From an uncultured Solirubrobacterales bacterium (lineage in GTDB: Bacteria > Actinomycetota > Thermoleophilia > Solirubrobacterales > 70-9), in the NCBI GenBank assembly GCA_903933815.1, contig CAIZLN010000035.1, positions 2,731-66,730 on the forward strand: a stretch of 64,000 bases of DNA, written 5' to 3'. Made by a program: the position numbers and the translations under genes. A model generated the notes under the pieces. The model saw nothing but the letters and a program-made list of their open reading frames with translations, did not search any database and was not told the origin of the DNA. Each line of letters opens with the position of its first letter. The stretch's first letter is position 1. Positions 16,896-26,157 of this stretch are shown here, piece by piece.

Positions 16896-18068
16896 ATGAA
16901 AGGAGGGGGTGAAGATCACCTGGCGGGTGAGGCTGACCTTCCGACCGGGGAAGCAGGAAACGGTGACCGGCCAGGTGCCGTTGCTGGTGACGGGCTGCCC
17001 ACCTTCACTGTTCGGGGAACGGTCCAGACGGTCCTGCTGATCACGGTGCTGGTCGTCGGCATTTACTTCTTCGTGCCCAAGCTGGTCGGAGTCGGAGATG
17101 CGATCGAGACACTGGGCGAAGCCGCTCCGATCTGGGTGGCAGTCGCCATCGGATTCGGCATTGCCTCTTTTGTGACCTACATCGCCCTTTTCCGGGCCGT
17201 GGTAGGCGGAGACGTTTTTCCGATCAGCTGGCGTGAGGCCTACGAGATCAACATGGCGGGTTTCGCGGCAACTCTTCTCTTCTCTGCGGGCGGTGCCGGC
17301 GGGGTGGTCCTTACCTACTGGGCCTTGCGACAGGGGGGCATGGAAAGGCGCGACGTCGGCACCCGCATGGTCGCGTTCATCGTGCTCCATTACCTCTTTT
17401 ATCCCCTTGCGATAGTGGTCTTCGGAATCCTCCTGAGGACCGGGGTGCTCAGCGGCAGTACGGTCGTGTCCCTGACCATCGTCCCCGCAGCGATCGCCGG
17501 AATCGTGATGATCGTCGGGCTGGCGATTGCTCTTGTCCCAGCCGACATCGAACGACGGATCCGGGAGTATTCGGACCGCCGCCCCTCGGCAAAGTACCTG
17601 GCGCGACTGGCGACGGTGCCAGCGACCCTTGCCGAAGGCGTTCGTGTGGCCTTGAGGCTGGTCGCCCATCCGACCCGGGCCGGCCTGGCCGTACTCGGGG
17701 CAGTTGGTTTCTGGGCGGCCAACATCGGCATCCTCTGGGCATCGTTCAAGGCGCTTGGAATCGCGGTGCCGTTCGGGGTCGTGGTGATGGGGTTCTTCAT
17801 CGGCATGGCTGCCAACCTGATCCCGTTCGTGCCCGCCGGAGTCGGCGCGGTTGACGCTGGAATGATCGGAACTTTCGTGCTGTTCGGCTTTCCGGAGGCG
17901 GAGGTATTTGCTGCGATCCTGATCTACCGACTGGTTGCCTTCTGGCTGCCGATTCCTCTCGGGGTAGTGGCTTTCTTCCAGCTTCGAGGAACCGTCAGAG
18001 GCTGGAAGACGGAGGGGCTGCCGATCGACCGCACACCACAGAGATCACTCATCAGACACGAGGCATGA
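16896..18068 (+). CDS. UPF0104 / lysyl-phosphatidylglycerol-synthase-TM-region-like (flippase-like) membrane protein
   Basis: About 8 TM helices. The N-terminal FFVPKLVGVGDAIETLGEAAPIWVAVAIG pattern and the GLAANLIPFVPAGVGAVDAG-like segment are typical of the family. Confidence 0.7.
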   Translation: MKGGGEDHLAGEADLPTGEAGNGDRPGAVAGDGLPTFTVRGTVQTVLLITVLVVGIYFFVPKLVGVGDAIETLGEAAPIWVAVAIGFGIASFVTYIALFRAVVGGDVFPISWREAYEINMAGFAATLLFSAGGAGGVVLTYWALRQGGMERRDVGTRMVAFIVLHYLFYPLAIVVFGILLRTGVLSGSTVVSLTIVPAAIAGIVMIVGLAIALVPADIERRIREYSDRRPSAKYLARLATVPATLAEGVRVALRLVAHPTRAGLAVLGAVGFWAANIGILWASFKALGIAVPFGVVVMGFFIGMAANLIPFVPAGVGAVDAGMIGTFVLFGFPEAEVFAAILIYRLVAFWLPIPLGVVAFFQLRGTVRGWKTEGLPIDRTPQRSLIRHEA

Positions 18069-18182
18069 AAAGCCTTCGAGCCAGAGTGCCTGAAGCAGTC
18101 TGCGGGGGTAGACTTCAAAAAGTAAAGTGTTGGAACCACGAAAGCATGAATCCAACCGCGTGGAAAGCGAGGAAAGAGGGAC

Positions 18183-19127
18183 ATGAGCGGCAAAGAAGTT
18201 GAGAACATGATCATCATCGGTGGAGGCCCCGCCGGCTACACCGCCGCCCTGTATGCCAGTCGGGCCGAGCTCAACCCTCTTGTTTTCGAAGGTTTCCAGT
18301 GGGGTGGTCAGCTTCAGAACACGACTGAAGTTGAGAACTACCCTGGTTTTCCCGAAGGCATAATGGGGCCGGAAATGATGACCCGTTTCCGCGAGCAGGC
18401 CGAGCGTTTCGGGACCCGCTTTGTGACCGATGACGTTGACCGGGTTGAACTCGGAGATGGCGGCATCCAGAAGGTTTACCTGGGCGACGAGGAGTACCTG
18501 ACCAAGTCGGTGATCCTGTCGATGGGTGCGGAGCCGCGAAGGCTGGGCATTCCGGGAGAGATGGAGCTCATGGGTCGTGGAGTTTCAACCTGCGGTGTCT
18601 GCGACGGAGCCTTCTTTAAGAGCAGGAAAACGATGGTCATCGGCGGTGGTGACTCAGCCATGGAAGATGCCGTTTTCGTATCGAAGTTCGCTTCGGAGCT
18701 CAACCTGGTTCACCGCCGCAACGAGTTCCGGGCCTCGGCGATCATGCAGGACCGCGCAGAGGCGACACCGAATATCAACCTCATGACCCCGTACTCGCCC
18801 GAGGAGTTCATCGCCGGCGAGGATGGCTCGCTGGCCTCAGTGAGGCTGCGCCACTCGGATACAGGTGAGACCAGTGAGGTCGCGGTCGATGGTGCTTTCG
18901 TCGCGATCGGCCACATTCCCAGGTCGGAAGTAGTGACTGGTCAGGTAGGCACGGACGACGAGGGCTACGTGGTTACCGAGGCCGGGTCGACGAAGACCAA
19001 CCTTCAGGGTGTGTTCGCTGTCGGTGACCTGGTCGACCACACCTATCGACAGGCGATCACCGCCTCGGGTTCCGGGTGCCAGGGTGCGTTGGACGCAGAG
19101 TGGTACCTGCGTGACACCGAGTTCTAG
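18183..19127 (+). CDS. trxB: Thioredoxin-disulfide reductase
   Basis: IIIGGGPAGYTAALYASRA FAD motif, redox-active CGVCDG, second dinucleotide motif VIGGGDSAMEDA, C-terminal GVFAVGD. AGGAAAGAGGGA SD upstream. Confidence 0.92.
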   Translation: MSGKEVENMIIIGGGPAGYTAALYASRAELNPLVFEGFQWGGQLQNTTEVENYPGFPEGIMGPEMMTRFREQAERFGTRFVTDDVDRVELGDGGIQKVYLGDEEYLTKSVILSMGAEPRRLGIPGEMELMGRGVSTCGVCDGAFFKSRKTMVIGGGDSAMEDAVFVSKFASELNLVHRRNEFRASAIMQDRAEATPNINLMTPYSPEEFIAGEDGSLASVRLRHSDTGETSEVAVDGAFVAIGHIPRSEVVTGQVGTDDEGYVVTEAGSTKTNLQGVFAVGDLVDHTYRQAITASGSGCQGALDAEWYLRDTEF

Positions 19128-19186
19128 CCGGCACCTGCCTCCTCTTGGACCCTGGTTTTCGCAGAGCGCCTGAAAACCACCGGGCC

Positions 19187-20035
19187 TTAAGTGGCCAACC
19201 GCTCAGCTGCTACCGCATCGAGGAAGGCCACCCTGGCTTCGGCAGTACGGGGTGCCGGCGCAGTCGGGATCGGCTGGCCGTCGATTGCATGGACCGGCTG
19301 GATCTCACGGGTTGTTGATGCGAGAAAGGCTTCGCTGGCAGCCATCACGTCTCCGATACCGAACTGACCGGTCTCGACTTCGCAGCGTTCGATGACTTTG
19401 CGACGGGTAATCGAGTCAAGAACACCTGCTCCGGTGTCGGTGGTGCGAAGCGGCCCTTCAGCCGAGACCCAGAACAGCGTTGAGGTCGGAGGCTCCAGGA
19501 CGATGCCGTCAACCGTGACCAGAAGGGCCTCGTCTGAGTCCGCCCGTCTGGCAACCCGGGTCGCCTGCATGTTTGCCGCATACGAAAGTGACTTGACTCC
19601 GTTCAGAATCAGGCTCGGTGAGTAGGCCACCGTGGCAAGTGCAACCGAGTAAGGATGAACGGGGAGGGGCTCAATCGAGAGCACCCGTCTGCCGGCCCGG
19701 GTGACGACAATCCTGAGCAGACAGTCCGGTCCACCGGGCACCGCGTCCCGGCTCTCGGACATTTCGCCACCTCCCCCACCCGTCACGAGCCGGGCCATCA
19801 GGGCAGCGGTTTCGGCTGCGATTGAATCTCGCTCGACGGGGAGATCGAGGGCCGCCGCTGAGGCCTCCAGTCGGTCGAGGTGTTCATCAAATGCGAAGAG
19901 GTGACCGGCGTAGCAGCGAATGACCTCGAAGACACCGTCACCGCGAAAGAAACCGTCGTCGGGCATGGGCAGCATGGCCTCGGACGAGGGTGTTGTGACT
20001 CCGTCGATGCTGATCAGAAGTGGCAGCCTGGACAT
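19187..20035 (-). CDS. Class IV aminotransferase (branched-chain/D-amino-acid aminotransferase or ADC lyase type)
   Basis: FFRGDGVFEVIRCYAGHLFAFDEHLDRLEASAAALDL and C-terminal FLASTTREIQPV fit fold-type IV PLP enzymes. Confidence 0.8.
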   Translation of the reverse strand: MSRLPLLISIDGVTTPSSEAMLPMPDDGFFRGDGVFEVIRCYAGHLFAFDEHLDRLEASAAALDLPVERDSIAAETAALMARLVTGGGGGEMSESRDAVPGGPDCLLRIVVTRAGRRVLSIEPLPVHPYSVALATVAYSPSLILNGVKSLSYAANMQATRVARRADSDEALLVTVDGIVLEPPTSTLFWVSAEGPLRTTDTGAGVLDSITRRKVIERCEVETGQFGIGDVMAASEAFLASTTREIQPVHAIDGQPIPTAPAPRTAEARVAFLDAVAAERLAT

Positions 20036-20079
20036 CGGACAAGCTTAGGGGCGGAATCGGCAGAAGGCCGGAGTTCCGC

Positions 20080-20688
20080 TCAGGTGAAGGCGCGGATCCG
20101 GATCAGGAAGTCAGCCAGAATCCTCGCGGTGGCACCCCAGATCATGTGGCGGCCCATGTCAAAAGTGGGAGTGCGGATCGGCATACCCCGGCGGACGAGC
20201 CTTCGCATCGCGTACGCGTCGACCAGATCGTCAACTCCGAAGTGAAGAATCGAGGCCACCTCCTGAGGGTTGGCGACCAGCGGTTCATCTCCCGTGACGA
20301 TTCCGACAAAGGGCTGGATTCGATACGAGGTGACAAAGGTTCCCACCGGTGCCAGTGCGCCGACGATCTCGACCCGTTCGGGCCGGAGGTTGATCTCCTC
20401 GTGGGATTCGCGAAGGGCTGTGGTCGCAAGGTCCTCGTCGTCAGGCTCGCTCATCCCACCGGGAAAGGAGATTTCACCGGCATGCTTGTTGAGATCGGCC
20501 CGGCGCTCGGTGAAGATCAGCCTGGGCTCATGTGACCAGTCCATGATCGGTAGCAGGACGGCAGCCTCCCTGTTTCCGTGCGCCTTCAGGTCAACGGCCT
20601 CCTGATGGGTCAGGAGCAGATCCGAGAGTTCAAGGGCTCCGTAGTCCACCGGACAGATCATGCCGCAAGCCCGGTGGGGTAAAGCCAC
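20080..20688 (-). CDS. NUDIX hydrolase (CoA pyrophosphatase-like)
   Basis: NUDIX box GGMSEPDDEDLATTALRESHEEINL preceded by HAGEISFPGG. ATG 20661 is an alternative start. Confidence 0.8.
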   Translation of the reverse strand: MALPHRACGMICPVDYGALELSDLLLTHQEAVDLKAHGNREAAVLLPIMDWSHEPRLIFTERRADLNKHAGEISFPGGMSEPDDEDLATTALRESHEEINLRPERVEIVGALAPVGTFVTSYRIQPFVGIVTGDEPLVANPQEVASILHFGVDDLVDAYAMRRLVRRGMPIRTPTFDMGRHMIWGATARILADFLIRIRAFT

Positions 20689-20721
20689 TGGCCGAAGGCG
20701 GTGGGCTGTCCGGGGTGAAGC

Positions 20722-21522
20722 TCAGATGCTTGTGGGGACGGTGCCTCCATCGACTCCCCAGGCCGAGCCGGATACAAAGGAAGCCCGGTCGGAACAGAGG
20801 AAGGTGATCACGGATGCGATCTCCTCGGGCGTGCCCATCCGCCCGATCGGCCGCTTCGATCCGACGCTGGCCCTGGCCGCTTCGCGACTTTCTCCCCCTG
20901 AGGCGTGGCGTGCCTGGTCCAGCAGCCCACCGGGCTCCAGCCAGAGCTCCGAACCGGTCGGGCCAGGGCAGACCGCGTTCACCAGCACCCCTTTCGCCGC
21001 GTACTGCTCGGCGAAGATGCGCGAAAGCGAGAGCATTGCGGACTTGCCAACCGAGTAGTCGGGCATCATCTCCGAGGGTCGCTTGCCAGCGCTTGAGGAA
21101 ACGTTGACGACCCTTCCCCAGCCCCGTTCAACCATGCCCGGAATGGCAGCGCGCATCAGATTCAGCGGCGCCATAACACTGAGCTCCAGCTGGTCGCGGA
21201 AATCCTGATCCGGAGTGTCTTCCAGAGCCTGCCTGCGGGCGAACCCGGCGTTGTTCACCAGAATGTCGATTCCTCCGAACTCCTGCCGGGCTGCCGCGAC
21301 CACGTGCTCGCCGGCGTGATCTTCGGTGATGTCCATCACGAGCACACCGGCGTTGCCCCCTTCGGCGCGGACCACCTCCGACATCGCTGCAAGCTGCTCC
21401 GGGTTGCGCGAGATCATCAGCACCTTCGCACCCTCGGCGCAGAGTTGCCGGGATACCTCGAAACCGATTCCGCTGCTCGCGCCGGTGACGGCGCAAACCC
21501 GGTTCTCAATGCCCATGTTCAA
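20722..21522 (-). CDS. Short-chain dehydrogenase/reductase
   Basis: VTGASSGIGFEV cofactor motif, NNAG, and the Y-x3-K catalytic region (YSVGKSA). ATGA overlap with the upstream OsmC gene. Confidence 0.85.
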   Translation of the reverse strand: MNMGIENRVCAVTGASSGIGFEVSRQLCAEGAKVLMISRNPEQLAAMSEVVRAEGGNAGVLVMDITEDHAGEHVVAAARQEFGGIDILVNNAGFARRQALEDTPDQDFRDQLELSVMAPLNLMRAAIPGMVERGWGRVVNVSSSAGKRPSEMMPDYSVGKSAMLSLSRIFAEQYAAKGVLVNAVCPGPTGSELWLEPGGLLDQARHASGGESREAARASVGSKRPIGRMGTPEEIASVITFLCSDRASFVSGSAWGVDGGTVPTSI

Positions 21523-21914
21523 GTGGTCAGGACTTCGATCGGAGTCGCTTCGGCCAGCAGCCGATGGACCGGGCAGCGGGTGGCGATCCGCTCCAGGCGT
21601 TCGACCTGGTCGGCTTCCAGGTGGTCCGGGTAGCCGACGGTGACCTCGAACAGGGTCGGGTTCGGACCTTCATATTCAGTCTCGACCGAAACCTCCAGTC
21701 CGGAGAGGTCCCAGCCCTTGCGGGACGCGTACACATTCAGGGTGATCGCGGTGCAGGAGGCGAGGGCAGCGCTGACCCCCTCAGTCGAACTCGGCCCTTC
21801 GAGATCGCCCTCGCGACCTTCGTGGCGCTGGTCGAAGACCACGGTGATTCCGGTGTTCAGCTCCACCCTGGACGGAAGGCCTGGTCCGGTGGTGACGGTG
21901 GCCGTCTTGTTCAC
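21519..21914 (-). CDS. OsmC/Ohr family peroxiredoxin-like protein
   Basis: ALASCTAITLNVYA and ATRCPVHRLL (the two OsmC cysteines). GTG 21914 forms a GTGA overlap with the upstream stop and is preceded by AGGGAAGG. Confidence 0.8.
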   Translation of the reverse strand: MNKTATVTTGPGLPSRVELNTGITVVFDQRHEGREGDLEGPSSTEGVSAALASCTAITLNVYASRKGWDLSGLEVSVETEYEGPNPTLFEVTVGYPDHLEADQVERLERIATRCPVHRLLAEATPIEVLTT

Positions 21915-22477
21915 TCTTTGCGCCTTCCCTCGAAGAGCTCCGGGTCTTCTGTGTCCGCGTATCGGGCCATCGCGAAGCAAAGGTCGGATGCGCGGTTGAG
22001 GAAGCGCAGGATCTCGTCCGAGGCGAGTTCACCGGCAATACCGATCCGGACCACGGCCCTCTCGGCTCTCCGGATGATCGTCCGGGCGAGGTCGAGGTGT
22101 GCCGACAGCGCCGTACCGCCCGGGATCACGAACTTTGGCGGGAGGTCAACCTGTGACATGTATTTGTCAATCTCGCCGTCGAGGGCATCGGTCATATCTG
22201 CGGTGATCCGGCTGATTCCATCTTCCAGCCGGTCGGCGGCCTCCGGGGCCGTGGCCAGTTCGGCACCCGCAACGAACAGTTCGTTCTGGAGGGAGAGGAT
22301 GTCGGCGGCGAGTTCGGCCTGGCCGTCTCCGCAGGCTGCCCGGGCGACACCGAGTGCCGATGAGGCCTCGTCGAGCGTGCCGTAGGCATCGGTCCTCAGG
22401 CCGGACTTCTCGACCCGACCGCCGTACCAAAGCCCGGTCGTCCCGTCGTCACCTTTTTTTGTGTAGATCTTGAGCAA
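21911..22477 (-). CDS. ATP:cob(I)alamin adenosyltransferase, PduO type
   Basis: (L)LKIYTKKGDDGTTGLWYGGRV...DAYGTLDE signature. TTG 22477 is preceded by AGGAG. The longer 265-aa ORF-track version overlaps the upstream gene. Confidence 0.85.
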   Translation of the reverse strand: MLKIYTKKGDDGTTGLWYGGRVEKSGLRTDAYGTLDEASSALGVARAACGDGQAELAADILSLQNELFVAGAELATAPEAADRLEDGISRITADMTDALDGEIDKYMSQVDLPPKFVIPGGTALSAHLDLARTIIRRAERAVVRIGIAGELASDEILRFLNRASDLCFAMARYADTEDPELFEGRRKE

Positions 22478-22484
22478 AGCTCTC

Positions 22485-23747
22485 CTAACTGAGGGGGTTG
22501 AAGACCATTCCCGAGAGCAGCTTGGGGAAGAAGTAGGTCGATTTGGGTGGCATGGTCTCGCCGGCTGCCGCAACCTCACGAACCTGCTCGATCGGGGTTG
22601 CCCGGAGGATGAAAGCGGCCTGATATTCGCCACCGTCGAGCATCTCGAGGGAGGAGCGAATGCTCTTCGAGTATCCGAGGCCACGCTTGGCTTCAACATC
22701 GGCCTCACTCATGCCCAGCACTTCCTGGAAGACAACCTTTTCGAGAATTGCGGCATCAAGCCGGCGGTAGGCCCGGGACCGGCCCTCCATCAGCTGATCG
22801 AGCTTCACCGGATCGCGAAGCGTGAGCCGGAAGTGCCTGCCGGTGGTGCCTTCGACATAGCCAAAGCAGCCGATCCCCTCGCGTCCCTCCGGATCGAGCC
22901 CGTCGAGGTCGGTTTCCTCAACTTCGAAGGCCTCGTTGATACCGCGCTCGAGGTGGTCACGCAGGTCTGCGTCTCCGGCCAGGCCTGAGAGCAGACGGTG
23001 GGTGGGGAATACGGTCAGTCCAGGATCGGCGAGTCCGGTGAGGCACATGAGCGTGTAGTTCTGAGGCCCCGCCCCCGGCACTTCGTCGCGGTAGGCGCGG
23101 GCCGTTTCGTAGCGGTGGTGACCGTCGGCGATCAGCAGTTCGGCATCCCGCAGTTCGTCGCTGACCGCCTCGTGAATCGCGGGGTCTTCGATCGGCCAGA
23201 TCCGGTGGACGGTTCCGTCTTCATCAGTGACCTCGGCCCACGGCTCGGCCGCGGTGGCCGGTGCCACATGCGGCCACGCATCGCGGGTGGTCAGGGAAAA
23301 AATGGGGGACAGGTTGTAACGGGTCGCCCGGGTCAGGTCCAGGCGGTCCTGTTTCGGCCCTGGCTGGGTTCGCTCATGCGGTCGGATCCGGCCGGGGCCA
23401 TAGTCATCGACGCCGACACGGACCAGGATTCCGTTTCTGGTCCTGGTCGCACCATCGGGTCCTTCGTACTGCTGGGATAGCGCCCAGACAGTCGGTTTGC
23501 GGTCCTGCGTGAGGACACCTGACAGCGTCCACTCCTCAAGCGTCTCGGCGGCGTGCGTGTACGGGTCAGACCCTTCTCCCTGGGCAAGCGGCAGGTCGAT
23601 TTCAACCACATTGAAGGGTGACCTGGCCAGTAGCCGGACTCGTTCGCTTTCGTCGATCACGTCGTAGGGCGGTGCAACCACCGCCGAGAGCGCACCCACT
23701 GAGCCGAGGTTGTAGTGGAGCGCGGGGATGGGCTGAATATCGGCCAT
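22485..23747 (-). CDS. DUF1015 family protein
   Basis: N-terminal IQPIPALHYN...VVAPPYDVIDE and ADGHHRYETA are characteristic of DUF1015. 420 aa. Confidence 0.8.
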   Translation of the reverse strand: MADIQPIPALHYNLGSVGALSAVVAPPYDVIDESERVRLLARSPFNVVEIDLPLAQGEGSDPYTHAAETLEEWTLSGVLTQDRKPTVWALSQQYEGPDGATRTRNGILVRVGVDDYGPGRIRPHERTQPGPKQDRLDLTRATRYNLSPIFSLTTRDAWPHVAPATAAEPWAEVTDEDGTVHRIWPIEDPAIHEAVSDELRDAELLIADGHHRYETARAYRDEVPGAGPQNYTLMCLTGLADPGLTVFPTHRLLSGLAGDADLRDHLERGINEAFEVEETDLDGLDPEGREGIGCFGYVEGTTGRHFRLTLRDPVKLDQLMEGRSRAYRRLDAAILEKVVFQEVLGMSEADVEAKRGLGYSKSIRSSLEMLDGGEYQAAFILRATPIEQVREVAAAGETMPPKSTYFFPKLLSGMVFNPLS

Positions 23748-23813
23748 GCCCCAAAGGTACCGCCTGAACCGGCCAGTTCGACTAACAGCCGGGGGGCGCT
23801 AGCATCACCACCC

Positions 23814-25190
23814 ATGTCTGGAGCAGATAACGGCCTGTCGGGTGAGGGGGAGCAAAACGGCTCCGGGCTCCGGCTGCCCTACGCACTTGTCGGCGCCGGA
23901 CCCACCGGCCTGGCTGCGGCACGAAACCTCGCTCGTCGCGGGATCCCATTCATTGGCTTCGAGAGCCACACCGGGGTCGGTGGCCTGTGGGACATCGACA
24001 GCCCGACCAGCACCATGTATGAGTCGGCCCACCTGATCTCCTCCAAGACCACGACCGCCTACGACGAGTTTCCGATGCGTGACGAGGTTGCCGATTACCC
24101 CAGTCATTGGGAGATGCGCGAATACTTCAATGACTACGCCGACACCTTCGACCTGCGCCGGAACTTCCGGTTTGAAACCGAGGTGGTCGCCGCCAGACCA
24201 GAGGATCCGGATTCAGTCAATTCAGCCTGGAAGGTTACGATCAGGACGAAGGATGGGGAGGAGGAGACCAGCCGTTACGCCGGGGTGATAATCGCCAACG
24301 GGATTCTTTCCGAGCCGAGCATTCCCGAGTTCGAGGGCCAGGACAAGTTCGAGGGAGAGATCCTCCACACGGCTTCGTACAGGCGGGCCGACATCTTCCG
24401 GGGCAGGAAGGTCCTGATCGTCGGTTGCGGCAACTCCGGTTGTGACATTGCGGTGGACGCGGTCCATTTCGCCGAATCGATCGAGATGAGCCTCCGGTCC
24501 GGCTACTGGTTCTTTCCCAAGTACATCTTCGGCCGGCCGGCCGACACCCTGAACGAGGGCAAGGCACTGCCCGCCTTCCTCAAGACCAGGATCGACGGCA
24601 AGGTCATCAGGTTCCTGACCGGGGACCCTGCCCGGCTTGGCTTCCCGGAGCCGGAGGGACGGATCTACGAGACCCACCCGGTGATGAACACCCAGGTGCT
24701 CTACCACGCCGGCCACGGCGACATCCACATCCGCAAGAACATCAAGCGCTTCACAAAAACAGGGGTCGAGTTCGTCGACGGCAGCACCGGTGACTACGAC
24801 ATGGTGATGCTCGCCACCGGCTACAAACTCCACTACCCGTTCGTCGATCCGGAATACCTGAACTGGAAGGGCAACAGCCCCGACCTGTATCTCAATATTT
24901 TCACCCCGAAGTACCGGAACCTGTTCGTGCTGGGGATGGTCGAGGCGACCGGTCTCGGCTGGCAGGGCCGCTACAACCAGGCTCATCTGGTTGCCGGGTT
25001 CATCGAGGCCGGGGATCGTGCTCCGGCCCGGGCTGACGAGATGTGGCGCCGGATTCAGGGCCCCAAACCCGACCTTTTCGCTGGCTACAACTATCGCCAG
25101 CTTGATCGGCTTCCCTTCTATGTGAACAAGGATGCCTACCGGGCTCAGATTCACGAGCACCTGGAGCTTTTCGAACCGGTTGACGGTTGA
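23814..25190 (+). CDS. Flavin-containing (class B) monooxygenase
   Basis: GAGPTGLAAARNL FAD motif, FMO-identifying FEGEILHTASY (FxGxxxHxxxY), second dinucleotide motif VGCGNSGCDIA. Confidence 0.8.
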   Translation: MSGADNGLSGEGEQNGSGLRLPYALVGAGPTGLAAARNLARRGIPFIGFESHTGVGGLWDIDSPTSTMYESAHLISSKTTTAYDEFPMRDEVADYPSHWEMREYFNDYADTFDLRRNFRFETEVVAARPEDPDSVNSAWKVTIRTKDGEEETSRYAGVIIANGILSEPSIPEFEGQDKFEGEILHTASYRRADIFRGRKVLIVGCGNSGCDIAVDAVHFAESIEMSLRSGYWFFPKYIFGRPADTLNEGKALPAFLKTRIDGKVIRFLTGDPARLGFPEPEGRIYETHPVMNTQVLYHAGHGDIHIRKNIKRFTKTGVEFVDGSTGDYDMVMLATGYKLHYPFVDPEYLNWKGNSPDLYLNIFTPKYRNLFVLGMVEATGLGWQGRYNQAHLVAGFIEAGDRAPARADEMWRRIQGPKPDLFAGYNYRQLDRLPFYVNKDAYRAQIHEHLELFEPVDG

Positions 25191-25200
25191 AGGCAGTCGC

Positions 25201-26157
25201 TTGCTGACCTCCCTGCCCCTGGCGGCCACTGACATAGACAGCATCACCCTGAACACGAGCGCCGGGATGCTGATTCTGCTCAGCGCCGTGATTGCGGTGA
25301 TCATGTTCGGCATCGCCCTCGAAATGAAGGTCGATGATTTCCGGGCCGTCGCCAGGATGCCAAAGGCGATGGCGGTCGGGATCGCCGCCCAGTTCATCTG
25401 CCTGCCGGCAATCACCTTCCTGCTGACCGTAGCCCTCGATTTCCGTGCCTCGATTGCGCTCGGAATGATCCTCGTCGCCTGCTGCCCGCCGGGCAATATT
25501 TCGAACATCCTCGTGTACCGCTCGCGGGGAAACGTGGCGCTCTCTTTATCGATGACCGCGCTTTCAAACTTCCTGGCGATCTTTCTGATGCCGATCAACA
25601 TCGCCTTCTGGGGAGGCCTTCACCCCGAGGCCTCACAGATCCTCAGGGAGATCGATGTCAGTGCGTTCGAGTTGCTGCTCGACATCGTGCTGCTGATCGG
25701 GGTACCCCTTGCCCTCGGGCTGACGATCTCCAGCCGCATGCCGGAGTTCGCCAGGAAGGTCCAGCCGATGGTCAAGAAGTTCAGCATGATCTTCCTGGTC
25801 CTTTTCATCATCGGGGCGCTGGCATCCAATATCTCCGTTTTCATCGATTACATCGCCCTGGTGGCGCTCGCGGTGTTCATCCATGACACGCTCGCCCTGC
25901 TGCTTGGCTACGGGATCGCCGCCTCTTTCAAGGTTTCCGAACCGAATCGGCGCGCCATTACTTTCGAGGTGGGTGTGCGCAACGCAGCCCTTGGCCTCGG
26001 CATTGCGCTCAGTGTGTTTGAGGGACTCGGTGGAGTCGCTATCGTGGCCGCCTGGTGGGGGGTCTGGGACCTGATCGCGGGCCTCGCACTGGCTAGCTGG
26101 TGGGCAAAGAGACCAACCGGGAGTCCTCAGGAAAGCACGATGGAGGCAAGGTTGTGA
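25201..26157 (+). CDS. Bile acid:sodium symporter (BASS) family transporter
   Basis: MFGIALEMKVDDFRAV...GIAAQFICLPAITFLL...ACCPPGNISNIL. TTG 25201 with GAAGG 7 nt upstream. Start approximate. Confidence 0.8.
   Translation: MLTSLPLAATDIDSITLNTSAGMLILLSAVIAVIMFGIALEMKVDDFRAVARMPKAMAVGIAAQFICLPAITFLLTVALDFRASIALGMILVACCPPGNISNILVYRSRGNVALSLSMTALSNFLAIFLMPINIAFWGGLHPEASQILREIDVSAFELLLDIVLLIGVPLALGLTISSRMPEFARKVQPMVKKFSMIFLVLFIIGALASNISVFIDYIALVALAVFIHDTLALLLGYGIAASFKVSEPNRRAITFEVGVRNAALGLGIALSVFEGLGGVAIVAAWWGVWDLIAGLALASWWAKRPTGSPQESTMEARL

Noticed and set aside
19154-19178. Hairpin GGTTTTC-N11-GAAAACC between trxB and the convergent aminotransferase
   Set aside because: The 7-bp stem has a large 11-nt loop and no U-run. 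It is too weak to call a terminator.
24222-25601. 459-aa minus-strand ORF spanning the FMO and BASS genes
   Set aside because: It is antisense to two genes with clear motifs. The translation is Arg/Pro/Gly/Val-rich with no recognisable domain. Long antisense ORFs like this are typical of high-GC DNA.
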